Of a stretch of 64,000 bases of DNA, positions 10,859 to 22,600 are shown one piece after another. Position numbers and translations under genes: made by a program. Location: IMG/VR virus record IMGVR_UViG_3300009500_000011, positions 40,585 to 104,584 of that record. One strand, 5' to 3'. A model generated the notes under the pieces. That model worked only from the letters and a program-made list of their open reading frames with translations, was not told the DNA's origin and did no database searches. The first letter of the stretch is position 1. Each line of letters begins with the position of its first letter. Origin of the DNA: a virus. Lineage: Duplodnaviria; Heunggongvirae; Uroviricota; Caudoviricetes.

Positions 10859-13800
10859 ATGACAGTTGCTTCAACAGATTTTCAGTCTACGGTATCCATC
10901 ACTAACCCTAGCCCACTAACAACGGCTATGCAGGGTCAGTTACCCTCTAACTATACACAAAGTCAAAATTCCAATGTTTTTGCTTTTATGTATGGTACTG
11001 GCTATGCTCTTGAAGAATTAAATCAAACAATTACGCAACTTCAGGCAAATAATTATTTATATAGTCCTTCAAGTCAAACAGGTGAAATTCTTGTTACAGG
11101 AACTGGATTATATTTAATTGAATTTTCTGTTCCTTTTATTGTTCCCCCATTAAATGTTAGTATTTCCGCAAGTTCAAGTTCAACAGATGTTTATATTGAA
11201 TATACATCAAATTTTGGTATGACTATTAATGTTGTTTCAGGCAATCAAGATGTACTTACATGGACGGCTTCTGGGGCAACAGGTGCAATTAATGGAGAAG
11301 ATTTTGGGGATGCTCTTTATAATAATTTTGGAGCAATATTTAATTTCCCAAGAACAGGTGATTCGATTGCTGATGCGACATTTGTTTCTCAATATGAATC
11401 ATTTAGCACATTTATAGATGCAAATTCATTAACAACATATATTGATTTTTCATCCTATCCAAATGAATTAATTTATAATGCTCCAACTCCTGGGGCATTA
11501 CGTGGAACTCTTCAACCAGTTTCTATCGTTACTAATCCAACTGCTTCACATCAACTAATAAGTGATACTGGCGAAATTATTGCTTTAATAAACTTTGATG
11601 TTGGAATTTTTCCTATTGGAACTACAACTGCTCAGGTTTCATCTTTTTATCCTGCTAATCTTTTAGCAACTTATGGTATACCAACAACTATGATTAATGG
11701 TCAAGTTGTTAATGTTTTACCGCCAAATGGTACTGATGTTTATGTAAATGGTACTTTTTCTACATTTTCTTTTGATAGATGGGACCAACTTTCATATCAA
11801 CAAGAAGTTATTAGAGCAGATAATAAATATCGTCGTTTACTTTATGGTATAAATTCTGCTTTAAAAGCTGGACCAAATGTAGCAGGAGTTGCTGAAATGG
11901 TTCAATCTATAATTGCTCAACCTTTTATTCCTCAAGATATTTGGGAAGCAAGCGATTTTAGAGTGTTTGAGCCTAATCCTGAAGGATTAAATTTTGTTAC
12001 TTACACTTCAACAAATTCTGTTTCAGCAGCAACACAAAAAGACGGATATCCTGCGGTAGCACCATGTGTTTATATTGAAGAAATTCAACAAGCATGGACA
12101 CCAAGTAATTTAACATATAATAATAAACCATATAGCACTCCAATTGCGGATATACCTCCGGTTCAAATTACTCAATTAAATACTGTTACGCCTTTCGATA
12201 TAACTAATGAAGTTATTCGTCAATTACGTGTTGGCTTAGAAGATATTAATGAAGGTGGTATTATTAATTGGAATTATTTAAATTTTACTAGTTCAGAATT
12301 ACCCACTTCTGTATATCAGACAGGTGTCGAGATTAATAATGTTAATTACTCATATAACTACATATTTTTAAATAATACAACTGATTCGGTTGCAAATTTA
12401 AAAATATTCTATTATAGAAATTTAATTGATTCAACAGGAGCAACAACAGGGTATAATACGAATGGAACACTTGTTTATAATAAAGATTATTACTTAGTTT
12501 CTACATCAACATTATATGATGCAAGCGCAAATAATGGGGCTGGAGGTTATTTATTACCGGCAGAATTATGCGTAAATTACGCTGTTAATTCTGCATTACC
12601 TGCATTATACACAATTGGAGAATTAGTCGCAGGTCAAAATTATATTTATGATGAAAGTGTTTTTAAACCTGGTATTCCTTCTTCAGTTATTCAATTGGCA
12701 TTAGATAATCGTAATTTAACATATTCATCTATTACTAATGGAGCAACTCATTTTCCAACATCTGTAGATGATTTTATCATTTATACTTATCAAGATGTAA
12801 ATTACACACCCGGATTAACCACGGGAACATTTGATACCGACCCTGAAAATCCAACATTACCGTGCTATTATGATTCTGCTAATATCTATGCTGTTCAACC
12901 TTCTGATAGTGTTTTTAGCGGTTCTCATAATATTTTAAGGGTTGCACAAGGTTCATATGCTCGTTTTACAAGTGAAACAGGTAATAAATATGTTTTAAGT
13001 ATGGTTGGTGGCGAAGTTACTTTTAATAAAACAATTAATATAAGTGCTATGCTATCCCCAAATCCAATTGAAAATGTAGATTTAGGACCAGCCGGAATTC
13101 TAATTCTTCAAGTTACATCAGTAGGAAGTCTTGAAAGTAATCCAACAGCAAGTAATCTTACATCTGGATATGTTAATGTTGGTAATTATTTTGTAGTACC
13201 TGGTTCTATTGCTTCAAATATTAATAATACAAATCATCAACCTTATTTTCAAATTGATAATGCATCATATTTAATAATGAATGAAAATGGGTTTCCTTGT
13301 GCTATTGTTGCTTCTAATAGTCAATTTGATGTATCTCAATATGTTAATGGAAATAGAATGTTATGGCAAGGTGTTGTTACAGGTATTATTTGGGACACAA
13401 GAATTCCAGTAACCGATTATTATGTTAATTCTCCTGTTTTCCAATCTACAAATAACTTTAATGCCGCAGGTATAACTTATACTCCAGATTTGAGTGGACC
13501 AAGAACAGCATTGCCTATAAATCAAAATTTCTTAGTTTTATTACAAGGTGATTTTTTAGGTAATCAACAAAGTGTAACTGCATCTTGGACATTTAACATT
13601 TCACAACTTCAAATTTCGAGTGCTTCCTTAAATACAGCATCTTTTAATGGAGTTGAAAGTTTAACTTTATCTGATTCTATTTTAAGTAATAATACTGTTC
13701 AACCTGGGGTTTTTACTTACTTTACTGGAAATCAATTAATTAGAACTTTAGGTATTGAACCAGATGGTGCAATATATCAACAGCAATATGAATCTCCTTC

Positions 13801-15514
13801 TTTTGGTAATTCTTATTTCTTAAGTTATAAAGATTATATAAATACAAGTTATGGTAATGGAATTTATGGAAATAAATTATCAACCACCGGGGATGCCACT
13901 TATTTTGACACGCTTTATAATAATGATACTATTCCTGCTGAATATTCTACAATTTTAACCTTTTTTAATCCTGTATATGGTTTCATTTACTTTTCAATTA
14001 TTCCACAAATGGAATTTTATGTTGCAAGCGATAGTTCTGCAATCCCAATAGGCAGACCAAGAAATCTTGGAATTGCTTTAACTATGCAATCAGGAACATA
14101 TAGTGGATTGGTTTTTTATGGAACAGTTGGCAACCAAATTGTTGACAAACCAACTCGTTTATTAGTTGATTTTTCATATTCAGCTTCCCAAAATACAAAT
14201 CGTCATCGTATCATTGACCTTGATACTAATTCAAATGCTGGTTGGGTTGATGGTTTAAATCCAAATACCGTTCAAACAGGTGATGTATTTTTTATTGCTG
14301 GTGATACATTTAAATATTCTGGGGATGGATACGACCAAGCGCCAAGTTTTTATTCAACAAATGCAATTTCACAACCTGTACAAAGTTCACCTTACACACA
14401 AAATTCTATACCACCAGCATATGAAGTTGCTCCAGGATTTCCTTATCCTTCAACTCCAAATAATCCCCAAAGATACAGAAGACCTCCTACATATGTTTTA
14501 GGAACAAGTGGTTTAGAAACTTTAGACCCAACATATTACATGAATACTCCAGAAAAAATAGCTTATTTTCAATTTAATTTAGATTCTTTTCCAGTTGATA
14601 CAATTTTAAAACAAGCACAATTAGAATTATATTTTTGTTCTGGATTTACAATTAATGAAGCAATTAATAAAGATTTTGTATTGTCTTATAATAGTTTGTG
14701 GAAAAGGTCAAGACTTTCTGGTAATGGACGTACAGAACAAACAGTTCAAATTAATTCTGATGGAACTACTACTGTGTTAGTTAAGCCAGTAAATAATGTC
14801 CATTGGCGTAAAAATTATTTTGAGATAAATATTCCATATGTTTATACTGGACAACGTACAAATAAAGATTATGGAATTCAAAATATTTTCACATCAACAG
14901 AATTATTAAGTTCTGCTCAAGTTGAACCTAATGAAAACCTATTTTATCTTGGATTTGTAAACTTAGATGAAATAGGTGTATATAATTCTGGTGTTGCTAA
15001 TCAATATACCGAACAAACCGAAGGTTTAACTAATTTAGTTCTTACAGATTCAAGTGTGTTTTATATAATTGCCGGGTCTTTAAGTGCTACATCAGATGGT
15101 GAACCAAATATTGAATTATATGACCCTGTTAATAATTCAAATGGATTGGCAACTCCTGCACAAGTAGCCGAATATAATTTACCTTCAAATTATCAATATC
15201 GAACACCTATTTCTCAAGATAATGTATTACCAAATCAAAAAGTTTTAATTTTTCCATTTGGAGATACAGATTCTAATGGAAATTATGACGCAACACAACC
15301 TTATGTATATGGTTATGTTAAATCAATATTACCAACTTCTCAAATAGGATTTGATAGTTCTAATATAAATTTATACAAATCAATGTTAGAATATATTGTT
15401 CCATTATATTCTCAATATACGGTTAATTTATTAGAATCAGATACTTATTTACCATTCATGTCATTTGGTAGAAACACAGCATTAGCTGGAACACCTCAAG
15501 ATATTTCTTATTAA
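10859..15514 (+). CDS. Large baseplate wedge/fibre-attachment protein (gpI/gp7 position)
   Basis: 1551 aa directly after J. 'LYNNFGAIFNFPR' and 'YRRLLYGINSALKAGPNVAGV' resemble gpI-like segments; called mainly from synteny. Confidence 0.5.
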   Translation: MTVASTDFQSTVSITNPSPLTTAMQGQLPSNYTQSQNSNVFAFMYGTGYALEELNQTITQLQANNYLYSPSSQTGEILVTGTGLYLIEFSVPFIVPPLNVSISASSSSTDVYIEYTSNFGMTINVVSGNQDVLTWTASGATGAINGEDFGDALYNNFGAIFNFPRTGDSIADATFVSQYESFSTFIDANSLTTYIDFSSYPNELIYNAPTPGALRGTLQPVSIVTNPTASHQLISDTGEIIALINFDVGIFPIGTTTAQVSSFYPANLLATYGIPTTMINGQVVNVLPPNGTDVYVNGTFSTFSFDRWDQLSYQQEVIRADNKYRRLLYGINSALKAGPNVAGVAEMVQSIIAQPFIPQDIWEASDFRVFEPNPEGLNFVTYTSTNSVSAATQKDGYPAVAPCVYIEEIQQAWTPSNLTYNNKPYSTPIADIPPVQITQLNTVTPFDITNEVIRQLRVGLEDINEGGIINWNYLNFTSSELPTSVYQTGVEINNVNYSYNYIFLNNTTDSVANLKIFYYRNLIDSTGATTGYNTNGTLVYNKDYYLVSTSTLYDASANNGAGGYLLPAELCVNYAVNSALPALYTIGELVAGQNYIYDESVFKPGIPSSVIQLALDNRNLTYSSITNGATHFPTSVDDFIIYTYQDVNYTPGLTTGTFDTDPENPTLPCYYDSANIYAVQPSDSVFSGSHNILRVAQGSYARFTSETGNKYVLSMVGGEVTFNKTINISAMLSPNPIENVDLGPAGILILQVTSVGSLESNPTASNLTSGYVNVGNYFVVPGSIASNINNTNHQPYFQIDNASYLIMNENGFPCAIVASNSQFDVSQYVNGNRMLWQGVVTGIIWDTRIPVTDYYVNSPVFQSTNNFNAAGITYTPDLSGPRTALPINQNFLVLLQGDFLGNQQSVTASWTFNISQLQISSASLNTASFNGVESLTLSDSILSNNTVQPGVFTYFTGNQLIRTLGIEPDGAIYQQQYESPSFGNSYFLSYKDYINTSYGNGIYGNKLSTTGDATYFDTLYNNDTIPAEYSTILTFFNPVYGFIYFSIIPQMEFYVASDSSAIPIGRPRNLGIALTMQSGTYSGLVFYGTVGNQIVDKPTRLLVDFSYSASQNTNRHRIIDLDTNSNAGWVDGLNPNTVQTGDVFFIAGDTFKYSGDGYDQAPSFYSTNAISQPVQSSPYTQNSIPPAYEVAPGFPYPSTPNNPQRYRRPPTYVLGTSGLETLDPTYYMNTPEKIAYFQFNLDSFPVDTILKQAQLELYFCSGFTINEAINKDFVLSYNSLWKRSRLSGNGRTEQTVQINSDGTTTVLVKPVNNVHWRKNYFEINIPYVYTGQRTNKDYGIQNIFTSTELLSSAQVEPNENLFYLGFVNLDEIGVYNSGVANQYTEQTEGLTNLVLTDSSVFYIIAGSLSATSDGEPNIELYDPVNNSNGLATPAQVAEYNLPSNYQYRTPISQDNVLPNQKVLIFPFGDTDSNGNYDATQPYVYGYVKSILPTSQIGFDSSNINLYKSMLEYIVPLYSQYTVNLLESDTYLPFMSFGRNTALAGTPQDISY

Positions 15515-15528
15515 GAAGTCAATATATA

Positions 15529-18500
15529 ATGGCAATTGTTATACCAATCGTTTTAGGAAGTACAGCAACCTCAATAACCAGGATTATATCTTTATATAAT
15601 TATTATCCTGTTTTTCCAGGTTATTTTGACGTATATGGAAATCCACAAATTTATACAGGTTCTCAATTAAATCGTCTTGCTACGCCATCATTTGGATATC
15701 CACATTCTGTTGATGGAACAAATCAATATTTGGTTCCTCAAAATAGTTATACATTAGTTTCTGCGAGTCAAATTTCAGGAAATTCAACTGATTCTACTGC
15801 ATTAAATGTATTATTATTTGATGTTGAAACAACTCCAATCGAACCTGGTTTTTCAAGATTGCGTGTGGATTATCAAGATGCAAACAATAATCCACAAACT
15901 CAATATTTTGATTTTCCATTCTATGAAATTTGGGATGTTCACCCTACAGAAATTCAGGCAATAGTCGATTATATCACAGGAGCGGTAAACTTTTATCAGA
16001 CCGTTTTACATAAACTTGAACGTGAAACTGACTTTTTGATTCAAAGAATGTTCCCTATTGGTCTTCATGTTTCTGGCGATGTATCAGTTTCACAAGCAAC
16101 ACAAAATTTAGAAACTTCATTAGAAGCCCATAGTATAACTAATTTAGACCAATTAAAAAATTATACTTTAAAAAGTGATATATATTCTAAAGATTTTACT
16201 TCAGAAATATATTATCCTGGCTCAACGATAACTATTCCATTATCTGCTTCAAATATATTGCCAAATGATACCATTGCAATCTTTGGAAAACCATTAAAAA
16301 CAACACGTTCTGGCAATAATTTAAGTGCTGTTTTACCAGTTAATATACCTTACACATTAACTGCTCCAATTACAATTACAAATAATGGACTAGTTAAAAA
16401 TGGTCCTTACTTTATTACGATTAAAATAAAACCAACGATTTCTTCATTCCAGACAAGTACAGGTCAAAGTTTAGGATTTCCTGGAGACATTTTCGTAATT
16501 AATGGTTCTAATTTTGGTTCTAGCAAAGGTACTATAACTTTTTCAAATTCTTTATCAGCAACTATAGTTGAATGGAATGATAATTTTGTCACCGGATTAA
16601 TACCTGAATTAGCACATAGTGGTAATGTAATTTTAGAAACATCTAATGGTTTTACGACTAAATTCGGCGTTACAATTGGTTATCCGAATAGTAATGGTAT
16701 ATTTGTTATCTCACCAGATTTAGCCGTTGCTACTACGGGCGAAACTATCCAATTTAGTGGAACTTTAAATGGAGTTTCAACATCATCAATTTTATGGTCA
16801 ATCATTGACGATAATCAAAACTATGGCAATGGAAATATAACTGTCGGAACGATTAATTCAAACGGACTTTATACTGCTCCAACATTCGTATCTTCGCCAT
16901 TACCTTTAGCCATATCTGCGACTATAAAAACACAATACGGCTATTTAACAGCACAAACTTCTTTATTAATTTTACCTACATCTAATACCTTTACAATTAG
17001 TCCAAGCGCAGCATCTGTTCAAATTGGATTTAATAACCAATTTCAATTATTTAATGAATCTGAACTTATTAATGATGTTCAATGGTATGTTAACGGTGTT
17101 ATTGGTGGAAATTCTACATATGGTTTTATTGCTTTTAATGGATTTTATACTGCTCCGACAGTTACGCCTGCAACTAACACAGTCTATATAACAGGCTTAG
17201 GTACATTAGATAATGGAACTCAATCCGCTGCTCATGCTATAGTGAAGATAGTTAGTTCTGCTGCTACCGCCAATAGTAAAGATATAACAAATAATTTAAT
17301 TAATTTTGCTATGTCTATGCTTGAAACTAAACAAGTTTTCTCAAAAGACGGACCATATACTGGTCAAGTCTTAACCCCTAATGAAACTGTTACAGGGGCC
17401 TTTAGTTACCCAGATGAAGGCAATCCACCATCATTTAATTATGGACCATACAATATAGCTGGTAGTTTTAACTATAGTTGTGCAACAACTGCTGATGGCG
17501 AAGGAAATATTGATTGTACATGGTCATATACGGCTCCAAATTTTAATAATACTGACCAAGTTGTTCTCCAAGTTCAAGATACAGATAGCGGTGGAACAAT
17601 TGGAGGTGTTAATGAAACATTTGTTACTATGGCTCCCAACCCAACTATAACTAATGTTCAATCAGGTTGTCCAAGTCAAAATATTACTATAAATGGAAAT
17701 AATTTTACTTCAGATGCTGAAGTTTTAACTTCGGACGGTATGTATAATTTTCCAATTATTACAAATAATTATACGTCACTTGTTGTTATGATTCCATCAA
17801 GTATAACAAGTCCTGGCACATATAATTTGGTTGTTTCTACAGATAGCGGAACCTCCAATTCTTATGGCTTAGTTATTCCAAATAGTTGCTTTACATCAAC
17901 TTTATCAGCCCCTGTAGTTCCTGTTTTAACTTCGATTGCATCATGTTGTCCTGGACAACAAACTACATTAACTGGTCAATACTTTACATCTGATATGACT
18001 GTATATTTTGTTGGAACGAATGAAAATATACCTATCGTACCAGGAAGTTTTCAAACAACCGATAGTATAAATTATACGGTTAATGTAGATATACCTTCAG
18101 ATGTTCCATCAAGTGGTGGAACCTATTATGTTTATGCACTAAATAGTGCAGGAACATCAAATAATACAGCGTTTGTAGTTCCATCTAGTTGCGCTCCTGT
18201 CGCATCCCCAACATTTATAATTAATGGACCTTCGACTGTTTGTTCTGCTTCTAGCAATAATTATACCGCACTATATAATGGTACTGATGTTACTGATTTA
18301 GCAACTTGGAGTGCAACATCAGGATATATTCAAAATGGTGTTTATGAAGCTCCTCAAACAATTAACGTAAATTATCAAATTACTGCATCTTACAATGGTC
18401 TTTCTACAACGGTAAATGTAATGACTCAAAATTGCACATTACCAACGCCTCCTTCTCCACCTACTACTTGTAATGATTTGTTAGTCCAACCATCAACGCA

Positions 18501-19659
18501 AACAATTTCGTTGCCTTTTGGAACACAACAATTTATTGCTTATCTTAATGGAGAAGAAACTACGGCTGATTCTTGGCTTGTAAATGGTGTCTTAGGAGGA
18601 AATAGTACATTTGGCACAATTGATGATACAGGTTTTTATACTGCGCCAGGACTTTCACCTGGTTTTACCAATGTAAAAATAACGGCATTAAAAAATTATG
18701 ATTCCGCTGAATTAAGTGGATATGCTATTGCAACTCTATATGCTACTGTACCCCAAACTGCCACCTGTAATGTTATGGTTGTTAGTCAAATTAATGTTTT
18801 TTTTGGTGATACAAGAAGTGGATATTTACCTGTTGGGACAAGTATTTCTTTAGCACCAGGACAATATTGGATTGCTCAATATCAAGAAACATTAAATCAA
18901 TATAAGGCTGCAATTCCTAGTGGCGGAAGTCAACTTTTAAGTCAATTTGCAGCCTATGCCGAAAGTTCAAATATTCCGACACAAATGTATAATCAAGGAG
19001 AATTAGTTGATAATGGCGATGGAACCTATACTAGACCATTTTCAATATTAATAGGTATATGCGACCCAATAACGGGATATTTTCAAAGTGAATGGGATAT
19101 AAAACCTTTAGCATATCCTATAAATAATCCTTATCCAGCACAACCCGTTTGTGGTCATGGTTTGTTTACAGATACTTCCAAGTCTATTGATGTTGAAACT
19201 TATCTTAAAAATAAATTAAGTATTGATAAAAAGAAATCAAAAAATGCATTCAACATTGATGATGTTACTTCTCGAAATAATATTTTTTGGACAGGTAAAG
19301 CAATCTATAATAATAATGAACTTAAATTTTTAGATTCATTAAAATTAATAGATTTAAACAATAATGAAATAAAAATTATGGCCGATTCTGGAACATCTAT
19401 ATCCATTGAAAATAATAATTATTTAATTTGTGTTCCAACATCAAGTGGCCCAATGGCACTTTTAACAATTCCTGAAAACGATAAGTTGTTTGATAGTTCG
19501 CATACTTGTGTTATAGGGCTTGTTAAAGAAAATCACTTTATATCATTATTAAGTTCTTTTCAAGTAAAAAATACAATAAGTAAAGATTTTGTTGCACAAT
19601 TACCAAGTTCAAAAGGATTTCGTAAAGCATTAAAGTATCTTAAGGGAAAAGCAGTATAA
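15529..19659 (+). CDS. Tail fibre/adhesin-like protein with IPT/TIG and Ig-like repeats (paralog A)
   Basis: IPT motifs 'GDIFVINGSNFGSSKGTITF' and 'NITINGNNFT'; three W-x-V/I-x-G...G-x-YTAP Ig repeats; shares N- and C-terminal domains with the next gene. Confidence 0.65.
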   Translation: MAIVIPIVLGSTATSITRIISLYNYYPVFPGYFDVYGNPQIYTGSQLNRLATPSFGYPHSVDGTNQYLVPQNSYTLVSASQISGNSTDSTALNVLLFDVETTPIEPGFSRLRVDYQDANNNPQTQYFDFPFYEIWDVHPTEIQAIVDYITGAVNFYQTVLHKLERETDFLIQRMFPIGLHVSGDVSVSQATQNLETSLEAHSITNLDQLKNYTLKSDIYSKDFTSEIYYPGSTITIPLSASNILPNDTIAIFGKPLKTTRSGNNLSAVLPVNIPYTLTAPITITNNGLVKNGPYFITIKIKPTISSFQTSTGQSLGFPGDIFVINGSNFGSSKGTITFSNSLSATIVEWNDNFVTGLIPELAHSGNVILETSNGFTTKFGVTIGYPNSNGIFVISPDLAVATTGETIQFSGTLNGVSTSSILWSIIDDNQNYGNGNITVGTINSNGLYTAPTFVSSPLPLAISATIKTQYGYLTAQTSLLILPTSNTFTISPSAASVQIGFNNQFQLFNESELINDVQWYVNGVIGGNSTYGFIAFNGFYTAPTVTPATNTVYITGLGTLDNGTQSAAHAIVKIVSSAATANSKDITNNLINFAMSMLETKQVFSKDGPYTGQVLTPNETVTGAFSYPDEGNPPSFNYGPYNIAGSFNYSCATTADGEGNIDCTWSYTAPNFNNTDQVVLQVQDTDSGGTIGGVNETFVTMAPNPTITNVQSGCPSQNITINGNNFTSDAEVLTSDGMYNFPIITNNYTSLVVMIPSSITSPGTYNLVVSTDSGTSNSYGLVIPNSCFTSTLSAPVVPVLTSIASCCPGQQTTLTGQYFTSDMTVYFVGTNENIPIVPGSFQTTDSINYTVNVDIPSDVPSSGGTYYVYALNSAGTSNNTAFVVPSSCAPVASPTFIINGPSTVCSASSNNYTALYNGTDVTDLATWSATSGYIQNGVYEAPQTINVNYQITASYNGLSTTVNVMTQNCTLPTPPSPPTTCNDLLVQPSTQTISLPFGTQQFIAYLNGEETTADSWLVNGVLGGNSTFGTIDDTGFYTAPGLSPGFTNVKITALKNYDSAELSGYAIATLYATVPQTATCNVMVVSQINVFFGDTRSGYLPVGTSISLAPGQYWIAQYQETLNQYKAAIPSGGSQLLSQFAAYAESSNIPTQMYNQGELVDNGDGTYTRPFSILIGICDPITGYFQSEWDIKPLAYPINNPYPAQPVCGHGLFTDTSKSIDVETYLKNKLSIDKKKSKNAFNIDDVTSRNNIFWTGKAIYNNNELKFLDSLKLIDLNNNEIKIMADSGTSISIENNNYLICVPTSSGPMALLTIPENDKLFDSSHTCVIGLVKENHFISLLSSFQVKNTISKDFVAQLPSSKGFRKALKYLKGKAV

Positions 19660-22600
19660 ATGTCTGAAATTTTAAATTTTACGCTTCCAAGTATAGCTAC
19701 AAATGTAAATGCTATTATTTGTTTATATGACCCAAAACCTCCATTACAGTATCAACAAACACCATATGGAGGTTATGAAATATTAACAGGAAGTCAACTT
19801 CAACGTAATTCAGGAGTTGCTTCTGCTGGATTTCCTTCTTCTCCTAATGCTGCGATTGGACAATCTCAAGTATATCCTCTTCCTGCAAATGCTTATGGAA
19901 TTGCATTACCTAGCCAAATATTTGGAACACCAACATCAGGTGATAACTTTAGCGTAATTACAATTAATACAGGTGTAGCACGGGTAGAACCTGGATTTTC
20001 TCGTTTAAGAATTGATTGGGTTGATTCTAACCAAGCTAATCAATCAACTTATTTTGATTGTCCTTTCTATGAGGCGTTTAGAGTAACAGCAAGAGAACTT
20101 AATAATATTATTGCATATGTTGAAGAAGCATTTAATTTAATTCAGCTTGAAATAAATAATTTAGTGCAAGAATTAGCTTATCTTTCTGAGCGTGAATTTT
20201 GGAGAGGCACAAGTGTATCTGGTCAACTTCAATGGACTGGAGCAACAGAAGGGCTTGTAAGCGGTCCTCTTGTTAGTAGTGATTTTTCTGATGCGCTAGT
20301 TAGAAAAAAATCTTTAAACCAACCAAAATCAACTCCTGTTTTTACAGATAGAAATAGTAATACGGATGTTCCAATTGCAACATTATATGCAGGTGTTAGC
20401 GATGCAGGTAGTGGTGGATTAGCCAAAACACCAACAGGAAATTGTAATTATGCATATTTTGATAATCCCGGAAATTATAAAGGCACAGCACTTGTTGCCG
20501 AAAATACAGATGGAACCGTATCTATTTTAATATGGGATTCTAATACTTTTTCAAGTTTATCAAGTTCAAACCAAAACTCTGTTGCAGTTGGATTCACTTG
20601 TGGAGACGGTGACCAAATTGATGCTGCCGCAAGCAATGGTGTGGAACTTGGTGCAGTTGGTTGTATTGGTTACGAAATGGTTAGTACAGGTGGAAATGGT
20701 TATCCTACACGACTTAATTATTGTTCTGGTGTTCCATTTGATTATGTAAATTTAACTTGCTCAACTGGTGCTACGGTTCATGTTGCTCGGTTTGTTTGTA
20801 CTCCAACTGTGGCACCAGGTACTCAATTATATTTAGGTTCATGTAATGGTGAAGTTAATGGTAGTGCAACAAGTAGCATTGGAAATGATACAACTTGGTA
20901 CGATTATACTGGAGCAGAAAATCAATATTTTACTTATCAACCTAGTGATGTAAGTATTGCAATTACCCCATCTACAAGCACAATCATTGTAGGTTCACAA
21001 GAAAATCTTGAATGTATTGGTACACAATCAGATGGTTCGACAAATGATGTAACCCAAGAATGTACTTGGACAGTTGTTTCAGGAAGTGGTTCATTCCCTT
21101 CTCCGGGACTTTTCCAATCACCATCTTCTGTTTCTGCCAATGGTGAAACTACTATTGTTCAAGCAACTTTATCAAGTTTAACAGCAACAGCTACAATCTT
21201 TGTCAATCCACCTTATACTGCGCCTACATTTACAGTAAGCACAGCAGCAAATGGTTGTTGCCCTACAGGACCAAATTCAACAATAACATTAAATGGAACA
21301 AATTTAAATAGTAGTTTTACTGTTTATATTAATGATTTATCACACCCAGCAACAAATGTCAATTATGTATCTTCTCAAGAAATAACATGTACAATTCCTA
21401 ACGGAATTCCTCCAGGAACTTGTACAGTTATTTTAGATGACGGAACTCATCCAGATGTAACTTCAACATTTACGTTGCTAGGAAGCCCAACAATATTCTC
21501 TATTGTTGATGAAACTACAGGTGAATCTGGTGCTGGTGGTGCTGGAGAAACATTAGAAATCAATGGAACCGGGTTTGGTTCTTCTGGTGTTGTAAACTTT
21601 ACTGATAGTTATGGTGATTTTTACCAACCTTCAAGTGTGCAATGGTCAGATACACAAATTTCTTTTATTATTCCTGAAAACATGACAAAAGGAACTTACA
21701 CTTTAAATCTTCAAGCATATTGCGGAACTGTTACTGCACCATTTACTTGTACACATGATGAATATATTGGTCCTCCACCAATTCTTGTTATTATACCTCA
21801 AAATGTATCTTTATATCCAACACAGGTACAAAATTTCGAGGCTTATGAATTAAAACAAAATGAAACACCCGTTGACGTAACTAATCAAGTTCAATGGTAT
21901 GTTAATGGCATTCCAAATGGTGATTCAACAGATGGAACTATTTCTGCTGCCGGTTTATATACAGCGCCCTCTAGCATTGGTTCTGATAGTAATTTTACTG
22001 CGACTATTTCTGCAACCATAACATATGAAGCTGTTCCAGATGATGGATACGATGGTACAGCATTAAGTGCTACATCTGTCGCTACTATTAACCAACCAAC
22101 CGAAGCTAATTCACCTGTTGCACATCTTTCAGTAACAAGTCAAATTAATGTTTTTCTTGGTGATGGTCGAGCAGGATATATTCCTACTGGAACAACTTAT
22201 CAAGCAAACCCAGGTGATTATGTTTATGTTAAGTTTCAAGAAAAAATTAATCCTACAACAAGCATTCCTATTGCTTCAAATACAGATATTCAAACGTTGA
22301 GTTTCCATTCAATGAATGCGTTAAATCCTAATATTTCACAAGAACTTTATAATGTAACTCCAGTTGGAATTAATGCCGATGGAACTATTCAAACATATAG
22401 AAGTGTAGTTCTTGGTATTATTGACCCTACCGATGGAAATTGGCATTCTATGTGGGATATTGGATTACCACCTGTTCCCGTAAATTATAGTGATTCTTTG
22501 GTTACTCACGATATGAAATCTTTGATGCCTATTTCAGCAGATGTATTACCTGCATTTTCTTCAGGAAATGAATTTAGTGGTTCTGTAATTGATTATATTG

